From contig JBPCLP010000022.1 of assembly GCA_051003195.1 (NCBI GenBank), positions 1 to 61,341 on the forward strand: a DNA stretch of 61,341 nt, given 5' to 3'. Shown here one piece after another: positions 1 to 9,614 of this stretch. Position 1 is the first letter of the stretch; the number at the start of each line of letters is the position of its first letter. Position numbers and translations under genes: made by a program. Source of the stretch: Candidatus Sumerlaeaceae bacterium. GTDB taxonomy: Bacteria > Sumerlaeota > Sumerlaeia > Sumerlaeales > Sumerlaeaceae. The notes below the pieces were generated by a model. The model did no database searches and was not told where the DNA came from. It saw only the letters and a program-made list of their open reading frames with translations.

Positions 1-12
1 GCATCTTGCGCG

Positions 13-127
13 GTAGAGCAGGCTTCCAGCCTGCTGCGAGAAGAAGACTCAATCAGTCCTGGAAGCCCCGGGCAAATACTCGAGCCTTGCGCTACCCAAA
101 GCGGCGGCAAGCCGCGCGCACTCCAAA
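13..127. repeat. REP-like palindromes: GTAG-type arm GTAGAGCAGGCTTCCAGCCTGC, reverse arm ending CTAC (~82-95), and CCAAAGCGGCGGCAAGCCGCGCGCACTCCAAA hairpin
   Basis: GTAG tetramer followed by GCAGGCT/AGCCTGC stem at 13-34; second imperfect hairpin at 96-127. Confidence 0.6.
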
Positions 128-146
128 GAGCAGCTCCGAGCCTCCT

Positions 147-185
147 TAATCAAAACTAATCAAAACTAATCAAAGCTAATCAAAC
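147..185. repeat. 10-bp tandem repeat (TAATCAAAAC) x ~4
   Basis: taatcaaaac taatcaaaac taatcaaagc taatcaaac read directly. Confidence 0.9.
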
Positions 186-187
186 AA

Positions 188-457
188 TTGGCGTCGTGCA
201 TTGTTGTTTCACGATTTAAATCAAACAGGCGGATGTGGGGGGTATTTCGCCCTTTGATTTCCTGTTTTGGCGATCCGCTCGCGGAGACGATAGAAGACAC
301 GGTTCACTCGAAAGACGAGGAACGACTGATTACGATTGGACTCTCGGCCAATGAACAGCTGCTTGTAGTCTGCCACACGTACCGTGATGAAGTGATCAGA
401 ATTATCAGCGCACGGCGCGCAACGAAGACAGAACGGAAATTTCATGAAACAGCGTAA
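188..457 (+). pseudogene. BrnT-family toxin, probably 5'-truncated
   Basis: C-terminal part FGDPLA..HS..EERLITIGLS...LLVVCHT.R...IRIISARRATKTERKFHE is BrnT-like; the usual N-terminal FEWD..K...N..KHG segment is absent; overlaps the antitoxin start. Confidence 0.7.
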
Positions 458-797
458 GAGTACGAAAGAGAGCCCGGAACCCGAAATGCGTGCAGAGTAC
501 CAGTTTGGCCACGGCGTCCGAGGTCGCTTCTACCAGCAATATCGCAAAGCCGGGGAAGCAGTTCAAACGCAGCAGCAGCCAACTAATGCATCTCGTAAAA
601 AGACGGTGGTGCTTTCTTCCGATGTAGCGGAAGTTTTTCCTGATTCCGTGTCCGTAAACAAGGCACTGCGGTCGCTCATCGAAGTGGCAAAGAAAAGTAC
701 TTCGATAGTACCGACTCCCGTGCGTGTGAACAAGCCGTTGCCTGCCAGGAGTCTCACGAGTTCGAAACTTGGGCAAAAGGTCAACCGTCCCCGATAA
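444..797 (+). CDS. BrnA-like antitoxin
   Basis: EMRAEYQF...VRGRFY...VVLSSDVAEVFPDSVSVNKALRSL motif; directly follows the BrnT-like ORF. Confidence 0.75.
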   Translation: MKQRKSTKESPEPEMRAEYQFGHGVRGRFYQQYRKAGEAVQTQQQPTNASRKKTVVLSSDVAEVFPDSVSVNKALRSLIEVAKKSTSIVPTPVRVNKPLPARSLTSSKLGQKVNRPR

Positions 798-892
798 CCG
801 CGTTTACACGCCCTCTGCAGCACCCTGCTATTCATACAATCGCCGAACGGAAATCGTTTGCGCGGCGGAATTACATTCGACCCGTTAGGTGC

Positions 893-3220
893 ATGAGTTC
901 GTCGTCGGTTAATGCCAGCGCATTTAAGGCCCTTACTGAAGCCGCGACAGATGCTATTGTCGCATCAGACGACTCCGAAAGGATTCTTTATGCGAATCCT
1001 GCCGCGCTGCGGGCCTTTGGCTATGAAGCTGACGAATTAGCAAATCTGCAGCTCAGTGCCCTTATGCCCCCGCGCTTTCGCGAGATGCACCACGCAGGCA
1101 TGCAACGCTATGTCTCTACCGGCATCGCGAACGTAATTGGACGCACAGTAGAACTCGCGGGGTTGCGAAAGAACGGGGAAGAGTTTCCGCTCGAGTTATC
1201 GCTGGGCGCGTGGCCAGCCGACGATGGAAAGCAATGGTTCATCGGTATAATGCGCGACATCACCCAGCGCAAGGCCGCGGAAGCGGCACTTCATAAGGAA
1301 TTTGCATTTGTACAGTTGCTGGAAAGCATCGCGGCCGCGGCCAACGAAGCAGGGAATTTTGCAGAGGCCGTGCAGGTGTGCCTGGATCTCGTCTGCGCGG
1401 AACTGAAGTGGCCCCTCGGGCACGCCTACCAGGTATTTCGCAGCCCGGATGGGGTATATTTACAGCCAATGGGTACATGGAGCAGTCCTGGCCATAACGG
1501 CGCATTTGAAGCTTTTAAGCAGCATACCATGAAGCAGCGATTTGAACCAGGCATCGGCCTGCCGGGGCGAGTGTTTTCGAGCGGAACACCAAGCTGCTTG
1601 CCGGCTATTGATGACGATGACAATTTTCCGCGAGGCGAATCCGCGCGTCTGTCCGGTCTCAAGTCCGGCTTCGCTGTGCCGGTACTCAGCCGCACAGAAG
1701 TTGTGGCGGTGCTCGAGTTCTTCTCCCCGATATCCGCATTGCCCGAACCACGAACCATGGAAGTGATGACCTACGCAGCCGCGCAGCTGGGCCGCGTCAT
1801 TGAGCGCGAGCTCTCCGAGCAGAAAATCCGCATGATCGCGGATGGTATTTCGGAAGCCGTTTATTCCTACGACTCCGAGCGGAGACTTACCTACGTGAAC
1901 CCCGCGTTCGAACGGCTTACGGGATATAGCCGCGCAGCGTTATTCCAAACGAATTTCATCCCGTACATCGCGGCTGAGCAGATGGACGACGTCCATCGCC
2001 TGTGGGACGACCTTTTTCGCGGGAAATCTTTTGAACAGGAATTCCTGATTACAACCAAGTCGGGCGAACAAAAGTGGATCGAAAGCTCGTGGACGCCGCA
2101 GTTTGATTCGAGCGGCAAGCAGACCGGGGTGATCGGCGTTGAGCGCGATGTTACCCGCAGGCGAATGGCGGAAGGTGCGCTACGACACGCCAACGAGGAG
2201 TTGGCCAAAGACGCGATCATGCTGGGACAGCAGCAGAGTGACATGGAAACACTAAGCAAATTGGCCGATCAGCTGCAGGCCTGCCAGACAATGGCCGAGG
2301 CGTACGGCGTTATCGGTGCGTATTGCCGGAACCTTTTCCCTGATCATGCCGGCGCCCTTTACGTGACAAGCCTGGAAGATGGCGCATTGCGACGGGAGGC
2401 GCAATGGGGGGAGGCCGATATGCAGACGGATTTCCAGGCAAACCAGTGCTGGGCGCTTCGAACCGGGCGAACTTATCAATTCACCAAGGCAGACCCTGCA
2501 TTGCGATGCGATCACATCACCGACCCCCCACTCAACCCTTACATGTGTAATCCGATCATGGCGCGTGGCACTGTGCTCGGGCTTCTCCATCTGCGCTCGA
2601 GCAGACCGACAGGAATTTCCAGGTCCCCTGGTTTCGAGAACCTTGCGGAGGCGGTAACCAGGCAGACCGCGCTCGCCTTCGCAAGTCTTCGGCTTCGGGA
2701 GCAGCTCGAAGTCCAGGTGGACGAAGACGCGCTTACTGGTTTGTTCAACCGACGGTACATGGACTCTGCGCTGAGCAGTGAGATCAGGCGCGCAACACTC
2801 GAGAAAGGTGTCGTCTCCCTGCTCGTTCTGGACGTGGATCATTTCAAATCTTATAACGATACATACGGACATATCCGCGGTGATGATATACTGCGTGCGA
2901 TCGCCGATTACCTGATGAAGAACATCCGCAGTGGAGATCTGGTGTGTCGTTATGGCGGCGAGGAATTCGTTATGATATTACCGAACAGCGCCGTGGCCAA
3001 CGCGATCACAAAAGCGGAAAGCCTGCGAAAGGGCATTGAAAAACTGCAGCCACTGCCAGACGCGACTAAATCGGGAGTCACAATCTCGGTCGGCGTGGCG
3101 GCGTTTCCGGAAAACGGGAGCACGCCGGAACAGGTTTTCCGTTCTGCGGATGCGGCCTTGTACCAGGCGAAAACCCAGGGCCGGAATCGCGTGGTGGCAG
3201 CCGTCGCGGCGCAGACTTAG
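893..3220 (+). CDS. Diguanylate cyclase (PAS-GAF-PAS-GAF-GGDEF)
   Basis: DALTGLFNRRY, DVDHFKSYNDTYGH, RSGD I-site, RYGGEEF, ADAALYQAKTQGRN; two PAS and two GAF segments. Confidence 0.95.
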   Translation: MSSSSVNASAFKALTEAATDAIVASDDSERILYANPAALRAFGYEADELANLQLSALMPPRFREMHHAGMQRYVSTGIANVIGRTVELAGLRKNGEEFPLELSLGAWPADDGKQWFIGIMRDITQRKAAEAALHKEFAFVQLLESIAAAANEAGNFAEAVQVCLDLVCAELKWPLGHAYQVFRSPDGVYLQPMGTWSSPGHNGAFEAFKQHTMKQRFEPGIGLPGRVFSSGTPSCLPAIDDDDNFPRGESARLSGLKSGFAVPVLSRTEVVAVLEFFSPISALPEPRTMEVMTYAAAQLGRVIERELSEQKIRMIADGISEAVYSYDSERRLTYVNPAFERLTGYSRAALFQTNFIPYIAAEQMDDVHRLWDDLFRGKSFEQEFLITTKSGEQKWIESSWTPQFDSSGKQTGVIGVERDVTRRRMAEGALRHANEELAKDAIMLGQQQSDMETLSKLADQLQACQTMAEAYGVIGAYCRNLFPDHAGALYVTSLEDGALRREAQWGEADMQTDFQANQCWALRTGRTYQFTKADPALRCDHITDPPLNPYMCNPIMARGTVLGLLHLRSSRPTGISRSPGFENLAEAVTRQTALAFASLRLREQLEVQVDEDALTGLFNRRYMDSALSSEIRRATLEKGVVSLLVLDVDHFKSYNDTYGHIRGDDILRAIADYLMKNIRSGDLVCRYGGEEFVMILPNSAVANAITKAESLRKGIEKLQPLPDATKSGVTISVGVAAFPENGSTPEQVFRSADAALYQAKTQGRNRVVAAVAAQT

Positions 3221-3382
3221 TCCGACGCTTTTGCGAGGACGTCCTGCAGCGTGCTCGCTTAAAACCGCAGTCGACCAGATAAACAAAAAAACGCACCCAT
3301 GGTCGAGCAGATCAGAGCAGATGTCACATTCTACGCCGCGTGGAGAACTCCTTTCTCCAACCCATGAATCGTGAAGCATGCA

Positions 3383-3399
3383 GTCAGCTCCCGATCACG
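3383..3399 (+). repeat. Partial copy of GGGGTCAGCTCCCGATC boundary repeat
   Basis: GTCAGCTCCCGATCACG matches copies at 5438, 9670, 11745 and 18092. Confidence 0.75.
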
Positions 3400-3714
3400 A
3401 AGAATACGCTGGCCCGATGATTGCCCCGATGGGGCGATGTGGCAGGGCCCACCCGGCACGACAACTCTTGCAAAACGCGGCATGCCGGCAATTAAGTGTG
3501 CCGTTATGAATTAAGAGGAAGCTCACAGAACTGGTCCCACAAGCTGTCCCCGAAAAACCTTACGGCGCCAGCGGCTGAAGTAAATTTCAGGTTGCCCAGG
3601 TTATTCGCATCCGGCACTGAACCTTGGGCAATCGCCGCGTGCTTTCCTTTGACATCCCATATGGGGATCGTGTAGGAACCCACCTTTTACGAATGTACAT
3701 CTGAGAGGCCCCCA

Positions 3715-5376
3715 ATGCGCATTAGCTTTACGCTACTCCTGTTATTGGCAGCACAGCTGGTATTCGCAGTAAACGCACCGCCGCGGATTAACTGGCAGGC
3801 GAAGCTGACAGGGGCCGGAGGCACGCCGCTGTCCGGAACCCACACGCTGTTCTTCCGGATTTATGAAAGTAGCGATCTGAACACGGCGGGCGCCGGGACG
3901 CTGAAGTTCTCTGAAAGCTCGAGCGTGAGTATTGGCGCCGATGGTGTGGCAAATTACGCGGTCGGTTCCGTCAATACTCTGAGCGCGAGCCTGTTCACAT
4001 CCACGATTCCAACCGTTTTGGAAGTCTCCGTTGATACGGTCGGCAACGTGATCCTGCCGCGCACGCGCCTCGAGCATGTGCCCTTTGCGATCAAGGCGCT
4101 TGATTCTGATGGTCAGATTGACAAGGAAACCAGCACCTACATTGCGACCGAGGTCACGACGTCACCTGCGACCAACGGAAGCAATCTAGTGTCAGCCTAC
4201 ATCAAAGCGACTCTATTAACGCCGAACGGACAAGCCAGGACTGCGACCAATCGGGCGGTAGTGCTGGTGTCTCCGGGAAATTATGATCTCGGCACACAAC
4301 AATTGGTCATGAATAACGAGTTCGTTGACGTCGTCGGCCTTTCCAGCGCGCGCGACGACCAGTACGTATTTGGAATCACAAACGGCGCAGGGACCGGAGT
4401 ACTCCGCCAGACAGCCGATGATGTGCGAATTGAAAACCTGGTCTTGCACAACAAGCGCGCTTCGGAGTTGGGCAGCAATAGCACCTCTCCCGCAGCCTAT
4501 TTCCCAGATGCGACAACTACAAGCACCAGGGTTACGAATTGCGAGTTCAGAGGGGATGATCCAAATACTATCCATTCGATGCGTATCGATGTCAATTATC
4601 CCGGAACATATACGGACTGTGCGGCAGGTGACAAAGCATTTGCGTGCAACGCCGTGGCCAGCGGTAAGTTTACCAGGTGCACAGCGGGCATCTTCAGTTT
4701 TGGATCGGGATCCGCAGTCGGGCAGGGATCCGTTGCGTCTGGCACCTTTATTAGCTGTACAGCCATATCGGATTCCTTCGGCGAGGCAGGTACGGCCAGC
4801 GGGACGTTCGTCGATTGTGTTTCGGGTGGCAATAGCTTTGCAGGAGGAACCGGCACTGGCAGTGTCGCAAGCGGGACATTCATTAATTGCCGGGCAACGA
4901 GTAACCAGGCCTTCGGCGGCGGTGCGGGATCCGTGGCCAGTGGGACGTTCATTAATTGCATCGCCAACGCTAACAATTGCTTCGGCGGAGGCGGTGGAAC
5001 AGCGAGTGGCACGTTTACAGGCTGCATCGGAAATGGCACTGGTCACTTTGGTGGAGCGAGTGGCGGTACTTGCAGCGGTACCTTTACCAACTGCACCGGC
5101 GGAAACAATTCGTTCGGTGGATCAGCCAACTCGATCGGGGCGAAACTTTTCGGCTGCCGCATGACGGGTGGCACCTGGACCGGAACATTTGGGGGACGGA
5201 TGGAAAACTGCACCTGGTCGACAGGGTTTATACTATCTTCCACAGCCCGGATTTACAACTCTACCTTTGTTGGAGTCCTCGACTTTAACAGTCAGGCGGC
5301 AGGCATGACCCAAAGCAGAGCCCAGCTGATCTTGATAGTCTCAACGTCTTTGGCGCAACGAATGCAGCCGCGTTGA
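3715..5376 (+). CDS. Secreted Gly/Cys-rich repeat protein (predicted beta-helix); probable frameshift near the 3' end (alternative end at 5402)
   Basis: Signal peptide; N-terminal PPRINWQAKLT..GG.PL.G...L.FRIY module; about 8 repeats of [AC]SG[TK]FxxCxxxxxxFG. Confidence 0.8.
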   Translation: MRISFTLLLLLAAQLVFAVNAPPRINWQAKLTGAGGTPLSGTHTLFFRIYESSDLNTAGAGTLKFSESSSVSIGADGVANYAVGSVNTLSASLFTSTIPTVLEVSVDTVGNVILPRTRLEHVPFAIKALDSDGQIDKETSTYIATEVTTSPATNGSNLVSAYIKATLLTPNGQARTATNRAVVLVSPGNYDLGTQQLVMNNEFVDVVGLSSARDDQYVFGITNGAGTGVLRQTADDVRIENLVLHNKRASELGSNSTSPAAYFPDATTTSTRVTNCEFRGDDPNTIHSMRIDVNYPGTYTDCAAGDKAFACNAVASGKFTRCTAGIFSFGSGSAVGQGSVASGTFISCTAISDSFGEAGTASGTFVDCVSGGNSFAGGTGTGSVASGTFINCRATSNQAFGGGAGSVASGTFINCIANANNCFGGGGGTASGTFTGCIGNGTGHFGGASGGTCSGTFTNCTGGNNSFGGSANSIGAKLFGCRMTGGTWTGTFGGRMENCTWSTGFILSSTARIYNSTFVGVLDFNSQAAGMTQSRAQLILIVSTSLAQRMQPR

Positions 5377-5437
5377 ATATCGAGGATCCAGACGTGAATT
5401 AGCCATTTTTGCCGGTAGATGAAATCCGTTTTTCTTT

Positions 5438-5465
5438 AATTAAGGGGTCAGCTTCCGATCACGCC
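5438..5465 (+). repeat. Boundary repeat AATTAAGGGGTCAGCTTCCGATCACGCC
   Basis: 26/28 identical to 18092-18119; abuts the stop codon of the sigma gene. Confidence 0.85.
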
Positions 5466-5466
5466 C

Positions 5467-6558
5467 TTACGACGCGGTCGATCGGGTGCCCATTTGACTG
5501 CTCCAGAAATCCGGAATTGAGCCCGTGGCGGGGGTTGCGACCTGGAAGGCCTGACGGCGGACATTGGTCCAGCGAACCAGCAGAGTCAGTATGAACAGAT
5601 ACACGCCAAACGCTGCCACCAGCAGGTAAACCATGTTAAAGGAAAACCGGTGCGCGGAGTGGGAGCCAAGCCAGAGAAAGTAGCTGACCGAGCTGAGGAT
5701 ATGGAACAAGATCATGTACCCGCCCATGACCCAGGCGGCGCGCTTTACAAATATAGCTTCCTGCGGGCTGGTGCACCCGGACGTCCACCTTTTAAGGCCG
5801 TGAAAGGCGCTCCAGATTCCGAGTACGGGGGTAATAAAGATGGCGACGGCCAGCGAGACCAGACCTGACTGAAGCGCGACGGCTGACGCTTTGCCCTTGG
5901 CAGTAGCGGTGGCAGCCGTAGCTGGCTGAGCAAGTAATGCAGGCAGGCCAGCGAGGCCGAGCCAGACAAGTGAAGTCCTGCTCCTGGCTTCGGCAGCGTT
6001 CCCAGTGTTTTCCAGATGCTGCTTTAGCATCTGCCTTCCGCGGCAAAGCCTCTGCTTCGTGGTGTCCTCGGAAAGGTGCAGAATTCTGGCCACAGCGCCA
6101 ATGGAATTCTCGTCGCGGTAAAATAGGGTGAGGGGATCGCGATAACGGGCAGGTATGCACCCGAGGGCGTTCCATAAATTCTTCTGATGCTGACGCCACG
6201 CCACGATGTCACGGGCGGTCGGTTCGGCGGCCGGACGATCTATAATGTCTTGCAGCGGGAGAGGAGCGTTCAGCGGATCGCCGGATTGGCGACGGGTAAG
6301 ATTGCGCGCAAGATTGCGCGCAATGCCGCACAACCACGGCTTTAACCTCTCGGCAGAAGCCAGGCTTTTCATTTTGAGCCATGCCTGCAGAAACGTTTCC
6401 TGAGCAACGTCTTCGCTTGCCGCGGCATCTCCGGTTTGCCTGTAGGCGACATTACGTACTGCAGTTAAATGGCGGTCCATGACCTGCCGAAAGGCTTCGC
6501 GGTCACCTTTTAGACATGCAGCTACAAGCTCTGAGTCACTGCCGAGGGGGGAATTCAT
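5467..6558 (-). CDS. ECF sigma-70 factor with C-terminal transmembrane extension
   Basis: Region 2 (SEDVAQETFLQAW...LKPWLCGIARN) and region 4 (LTLFYRDENSIGAVARILHLSEDTTKQRLCRGRQML), then 3-4 hydrophobic helices. Confidence 0.9.
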   Translation of the reverse strand: MNSPLGSDSELVAACLKGDREAFRQVMDRHLTAVRNVAYRQTGDAAASEDVAQETFLQAWLKMKSLASAERLKPWLCGIARNLARNLTRRQSGDPLNAPLPLQDIIDRPAAEPTARDIVAWRQHQKNLWNALGCIPARYRDPLTLFYRDENSIGAVARILHLSEDTTKQRLCRGRQMLKQHLENTGNAAEARSRTSLVWLGLAGLPALLAQPATAATATAKGKASAVALQSGLVSLAVAIFITPVLGIWSAFHGLKRWTSGCTSPQEAIFVKRAAWVMGGYMILFHILSSVSYFLWLGSHSAHRFSFNMVYLLVAAFGVYLFILTLLVRWTNVRRQAFQVATPATGSIPDFWSSQMGTRSTAS

Positions 6559-6591
6559 GCCTTAGCATACGCGATATTCATGCCCCTTCAG

Positions 6592-7878
6592 CTAATAGGC
6601 GAGAGCTATTGCCGGCCCAGACCGTCCGTGATAGGCATCGCAATAGGCCGGGCTAAGCTTCCACGCGGTCTCGCGCAGCGTCGCGGCTTGTTCCAAGTCG
6701 TTCGCGGCTGCGAGGATGGTGCTCATTCTGGCGAGGACAAGGGGATCTTGTATACCACCCTGCAGGGCTTTGGGCGCTATTTCAGCAGCGTCGAGTTCGC
6801 ATCCGCCCAGGTAAAGCACCCATGCGTAGGCAGCGTAGGCCTCGGTGGTGCGATGAACCTTCGCCTCAGTGGCAACCAGCCGGATGGCGTCAGCCAGCTT
6901 CTCGTGCCGTGCGGCATGGAGCAGTGCGACCGTAATTTCGTCGCCGGAGAAGCCAAGCGCCTGGTGTTGTTCAGCGAGAAGGCGAATTCTGCTGGCGACG
7001 GCAGTGGCTTTTTCCGACTCCTTACTGGCGCCGTAAAGCTGCTCCAGCTCAAGTAAGTTTGAAAGAAGCGGGGATGTGCAGGAAGTGGCGCGCTCGAAGC
7101 AGGCAATGGCCGTTTGCAGGTCGCCATGGCACAGAGCAACGCGTCCAAGTCCCGCGTGGGCGAATCGATAGTTGGGTCGATGGCGCAACACGTCTTGGCA
7201 CAAGGCGCCGGATTTCTCTAACTGCCCGGTTTTCAGCAGCATGTCCGCGAGTTGTACGCTGCACCATGCTTCAGCTTCCGAACCCGCTTGGGCGGCAGAG
7301 CCAGCCTGACCCATTAATGCCATTGCCCCGCTGGTTTCGCCACGAAGCCAGAGCAGATGCGCCCCGCGACTGTAGGAGTCGGTGCTGGGCTTGAGGTCCA
7401 GCATCGACTGGGCTGCGTCTTCTGCGTCCTCATAGCGGCCTGACTCGAGGTAAGCATCGCTTAAGACTCCGAAGGCGGAAGCATTGTGAGGATCCACGAC
7501 GGTGGCAATGGTGGCGTAGCGCACGGCATCTTCAAAGCGGTGAAATATGGTGGCAACCCAGGCGGCGTTGCGCAGGGTCTTGCTGTCAGTTGGAGCGGCT
7601 TTCAGCGCTGCATCCACCGTTGCTTTCGCTTTTACATAGTAATGAAGGTCCCCTGTTTCCCGCCCCTGTTGAATGAGTTGCTCGGCAAGCGAGTTTGCCG
7701 CGCGTGCCTGCGGGGTGTCTATATGCGCCTGATCTGTCAGGCTGGTGGAGTTCAGCGCGGCTGATAATGTAGCCAGTCGGGAGGCGCTGCCCTGGGCGAT
7801 AGAAACGGCGGACAAAACAAGCAGAGGGACAAGCGCGCCGATGAAGCGGTACGAGTTGCGAGAGGGAAGGCTGAGCAT
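6592..7878 (-). CDS. Exported tetratricopeptide-repeat protein (DUF4331 partner)
   Basis: Signal peptide; TPR-like helices (HRFEDAVRYA..A..DPHN, DAYLESGRYEDA); adjacent to DUF4331. Confidence 0.85.
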   Translation of the reverse strand: MLSLPSRNSYRFIGALVPLLVLSAVSIAQGSASRLATLSAALNSTSLTDQAHIDTPQARAANSLAEQLIQQGRETGDLHYYVKAKATVDAALKAAPTDSKTLRNAAWVATIFHRFEDAVRYATIATVVDPHNASAFGVLSDAYLESGRYEDAEDAAQSMLDLKPSTDSYSRGAHLLWLRGETSGAMALMGQAGSAAQAGSEAEAWCSVQLADMLLKTGQLEKSGALCQDVLRHRPNYRFAHAGLGRVALCHGDLQTAIACFERATSCTSPLLSNLLELEQLYGASKESEKATAVASRIRLLAEQHQALGFSGDEITVALLHAARHEKLADAIRLVATEAKVHRTTEAYAAYAWVLYLGGCELDAAEIAPKALQGGIQDPLVLARMSTILAAANDLEQAATLRETAWKLSPAYCDAYHGRSGPAIALAY

Positions 7879-7944
7879 AGGTCTACTTCTCTGTAAAGGT
7901 AACTGGGCCCGCCCCGAGGGGGCAGGCCCAGCACTGGTGAGGTA

Positions 7945-9426
7945 CTACGGCTGGTTCATGGTTTCCGGGCAGGCGTGGAGCGATGAGGTGGGGCCGCCAT
8001 CCGGTGTAGGCGCGTAAGGGAAGACCTGGTCGTAGAGGACGTCGTTTCCATTTACGTTGTCACCCACGGGGGTGATAGGGTTGTATGATGGTCCGCTGGC
8101 GACGGCGGTGAGCGCGATGTCAATCACGTCATCACCGAGCCGGCGCCCGTTTGGCCACCCAGAGGGAATGGTGGTGCCCTGGTAAGGGCTTAGAGTATTG
8201 TCGCCGCCGAACAGGCTAAGCCTGCTGAACCCAGGCTGCCCCGCAAGAGGCACAGGCGGCGTAGAGGTATCGATCTTCAGGACGTCTGGAATAAAGAAAC
8301 CGAAAAGATCCGTGCGATTCGTCGTCTGAAAGCTCGTGCCAAGCAACAGATTCAGAACGACGGCAATCTCTGGGTTCAGCGCATATTTACCGTAGCGCGA
8401 GGCATCATTTGTCGGGGTATCCTGGTTATAGAGTTCCTTGTCTGCCTGAGCGACAAGCACTTCATTGAAGAGGGGATTTCCCATGCGGCTGACCTGGACC
8501 CACTTGCCCTTGTTGAGCTTGTTTTCCTTCAGGCCCCTCTGGATGTTAGTCTTGCGCCGTGAGGTAGTGGCAAACACACCAACGATCGGAACATCACCCG
8601 ATCCGACAATCTGCTCCAGAGGAATCTGCATGGCTATCGTCTGAACATTAAAGCCGGCAAAGCTATCCCGGCCCGGATTCGTGAGGTTAACAAGATCGAA
8701 AATGCCTGCCGTGTCACCGTAGAATCCGTCATCGCGCTGGCCTGCGAAAACGCGCGCTCCATCCGCTGTCGTGAAGAGGGAATTGCGGGTGTAGTCGTCC
8801 AGCTCCAGCTCCGCCGTGGCGCCCTGCACCAGCGTCTGTGAGGTAACGTAGTATTTCGGGGTGGTTTTTGGCCCGACGTTTACAGGGGGCACCATGTAGG
8901 TGCCGGCCGTTACATCCGTAGAGGTGCGGGAGCGAAGGTCGGAGCTGGCCGATTTAGGGGTGAGTTTCTCCACGGTGTAGGTCTGATCCAGGTTCTGGTG
9001 GGAGTCTCCGGAAGCCTGGATAGGGCCAGCCTCAGTCCCAATGCCGTAGAGAAATGCGGTATTTGGATTTTTCAATATGGACGAGAAACGGAAGTTATAG
9101 GTGATCGTGGGGTCTGTCTGGAACTCTACGGTTCCTGACGTGTTGGTGGCCTTCACAACATGCAGGCTGTAGAGGACACTGTCTGCAAATCTGTAAAAGT
9201 TAATACCGTTGCCCGGATCCTCCTGAGGGTTGTAGTTCGCGACGATATTGAGCTTTTTCTGGCCACCAGGAGCGGTAATGAATGTGTACACATCGCTGAT
9301 ATTTGCGGCAGGGTCCTGCACCTGGAGCGGGGCATCGCTGTGGCTGGCCGCCTGTACTGCGGGTGTCAGCAGGCAGATTGCGCCTGCAGCCCACCCAAGT
9401 TTTACTGTACGTATTGCTGCTGGCAT
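7945..9426 (-). CDS. DUF4331 family protein
   Basis: ASHSDAP...D.YTF, VFAGQRDDGFYGD, WVQVSRMGNPLFNE, GWPNGRRLGDDVIDIAL. Confidence 0.92.
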   Translation of the reverse strand: MPAAIRTVKLGWAAGAICLLTPAVQAASHSDAPLQVQDPAANISDVYTFITAPGGQKKLNIVANYNPQEDPGNGINFYRFADSVLYSLHVVKATNTSGTVEFQTDPTITYNFRFSSILKNPNTAFLYGIGTEAGPIQASGDSHQNLDQTYTVEKLTPKSASSDLRSRTSTDVTAGTYMVPPVNVGPKTTPKYYVTSQTLVQGATAELELDDYTRNSLFTTADGARVFAGQRDDGFYGDTAGIFDLVNLTNPGRDSFAGFNVQTIAMQIPLEQIVGSGDVPIVGVFATTSRRKTNIQRGLKENKLNKGKWVQVSRMGNPLFNEVLVAQADKELYNQDTPTNDASRYGKYALNPEIAVVLNLLLGTSFQTTNRTDLFGFFIPDVLKIDTSTPPVPLAGQPGFSRLSLFGGDNTLSPYQGTTIPSGWPNGRRLGDDVIDIALTAVASGPSYNPITPVGDNVNGNDVLYDQVFPYAPTPDGGPTSSLHACPETMNQP

Positions 9427-9614
9427 TTCTGCCTCCCAAACTAAAATTCAGGTATGCCTGCGTGGGTTTCTCCACTGTGATGGAGCCCTGCGTGGACGTG
9501 CCTGTATATAGTAGTGGCGAGCGGGAGCGCCAAGGTGACAAAACGCGTTAATCTTTGCGAGATTTCGCGACGGGTGACTTCCCGTCGTTGCTTACCCGAA
9601 GGCGCTTGAGATGT

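Noticed and set aside
3649..3678. TTGACA with overlapping ATCCCATATGGGGAT palindrome upstream of 3715
   Set aside because: No convincing -10 hexamer at 16-18 bp spacing and no cognate regulator nearby.
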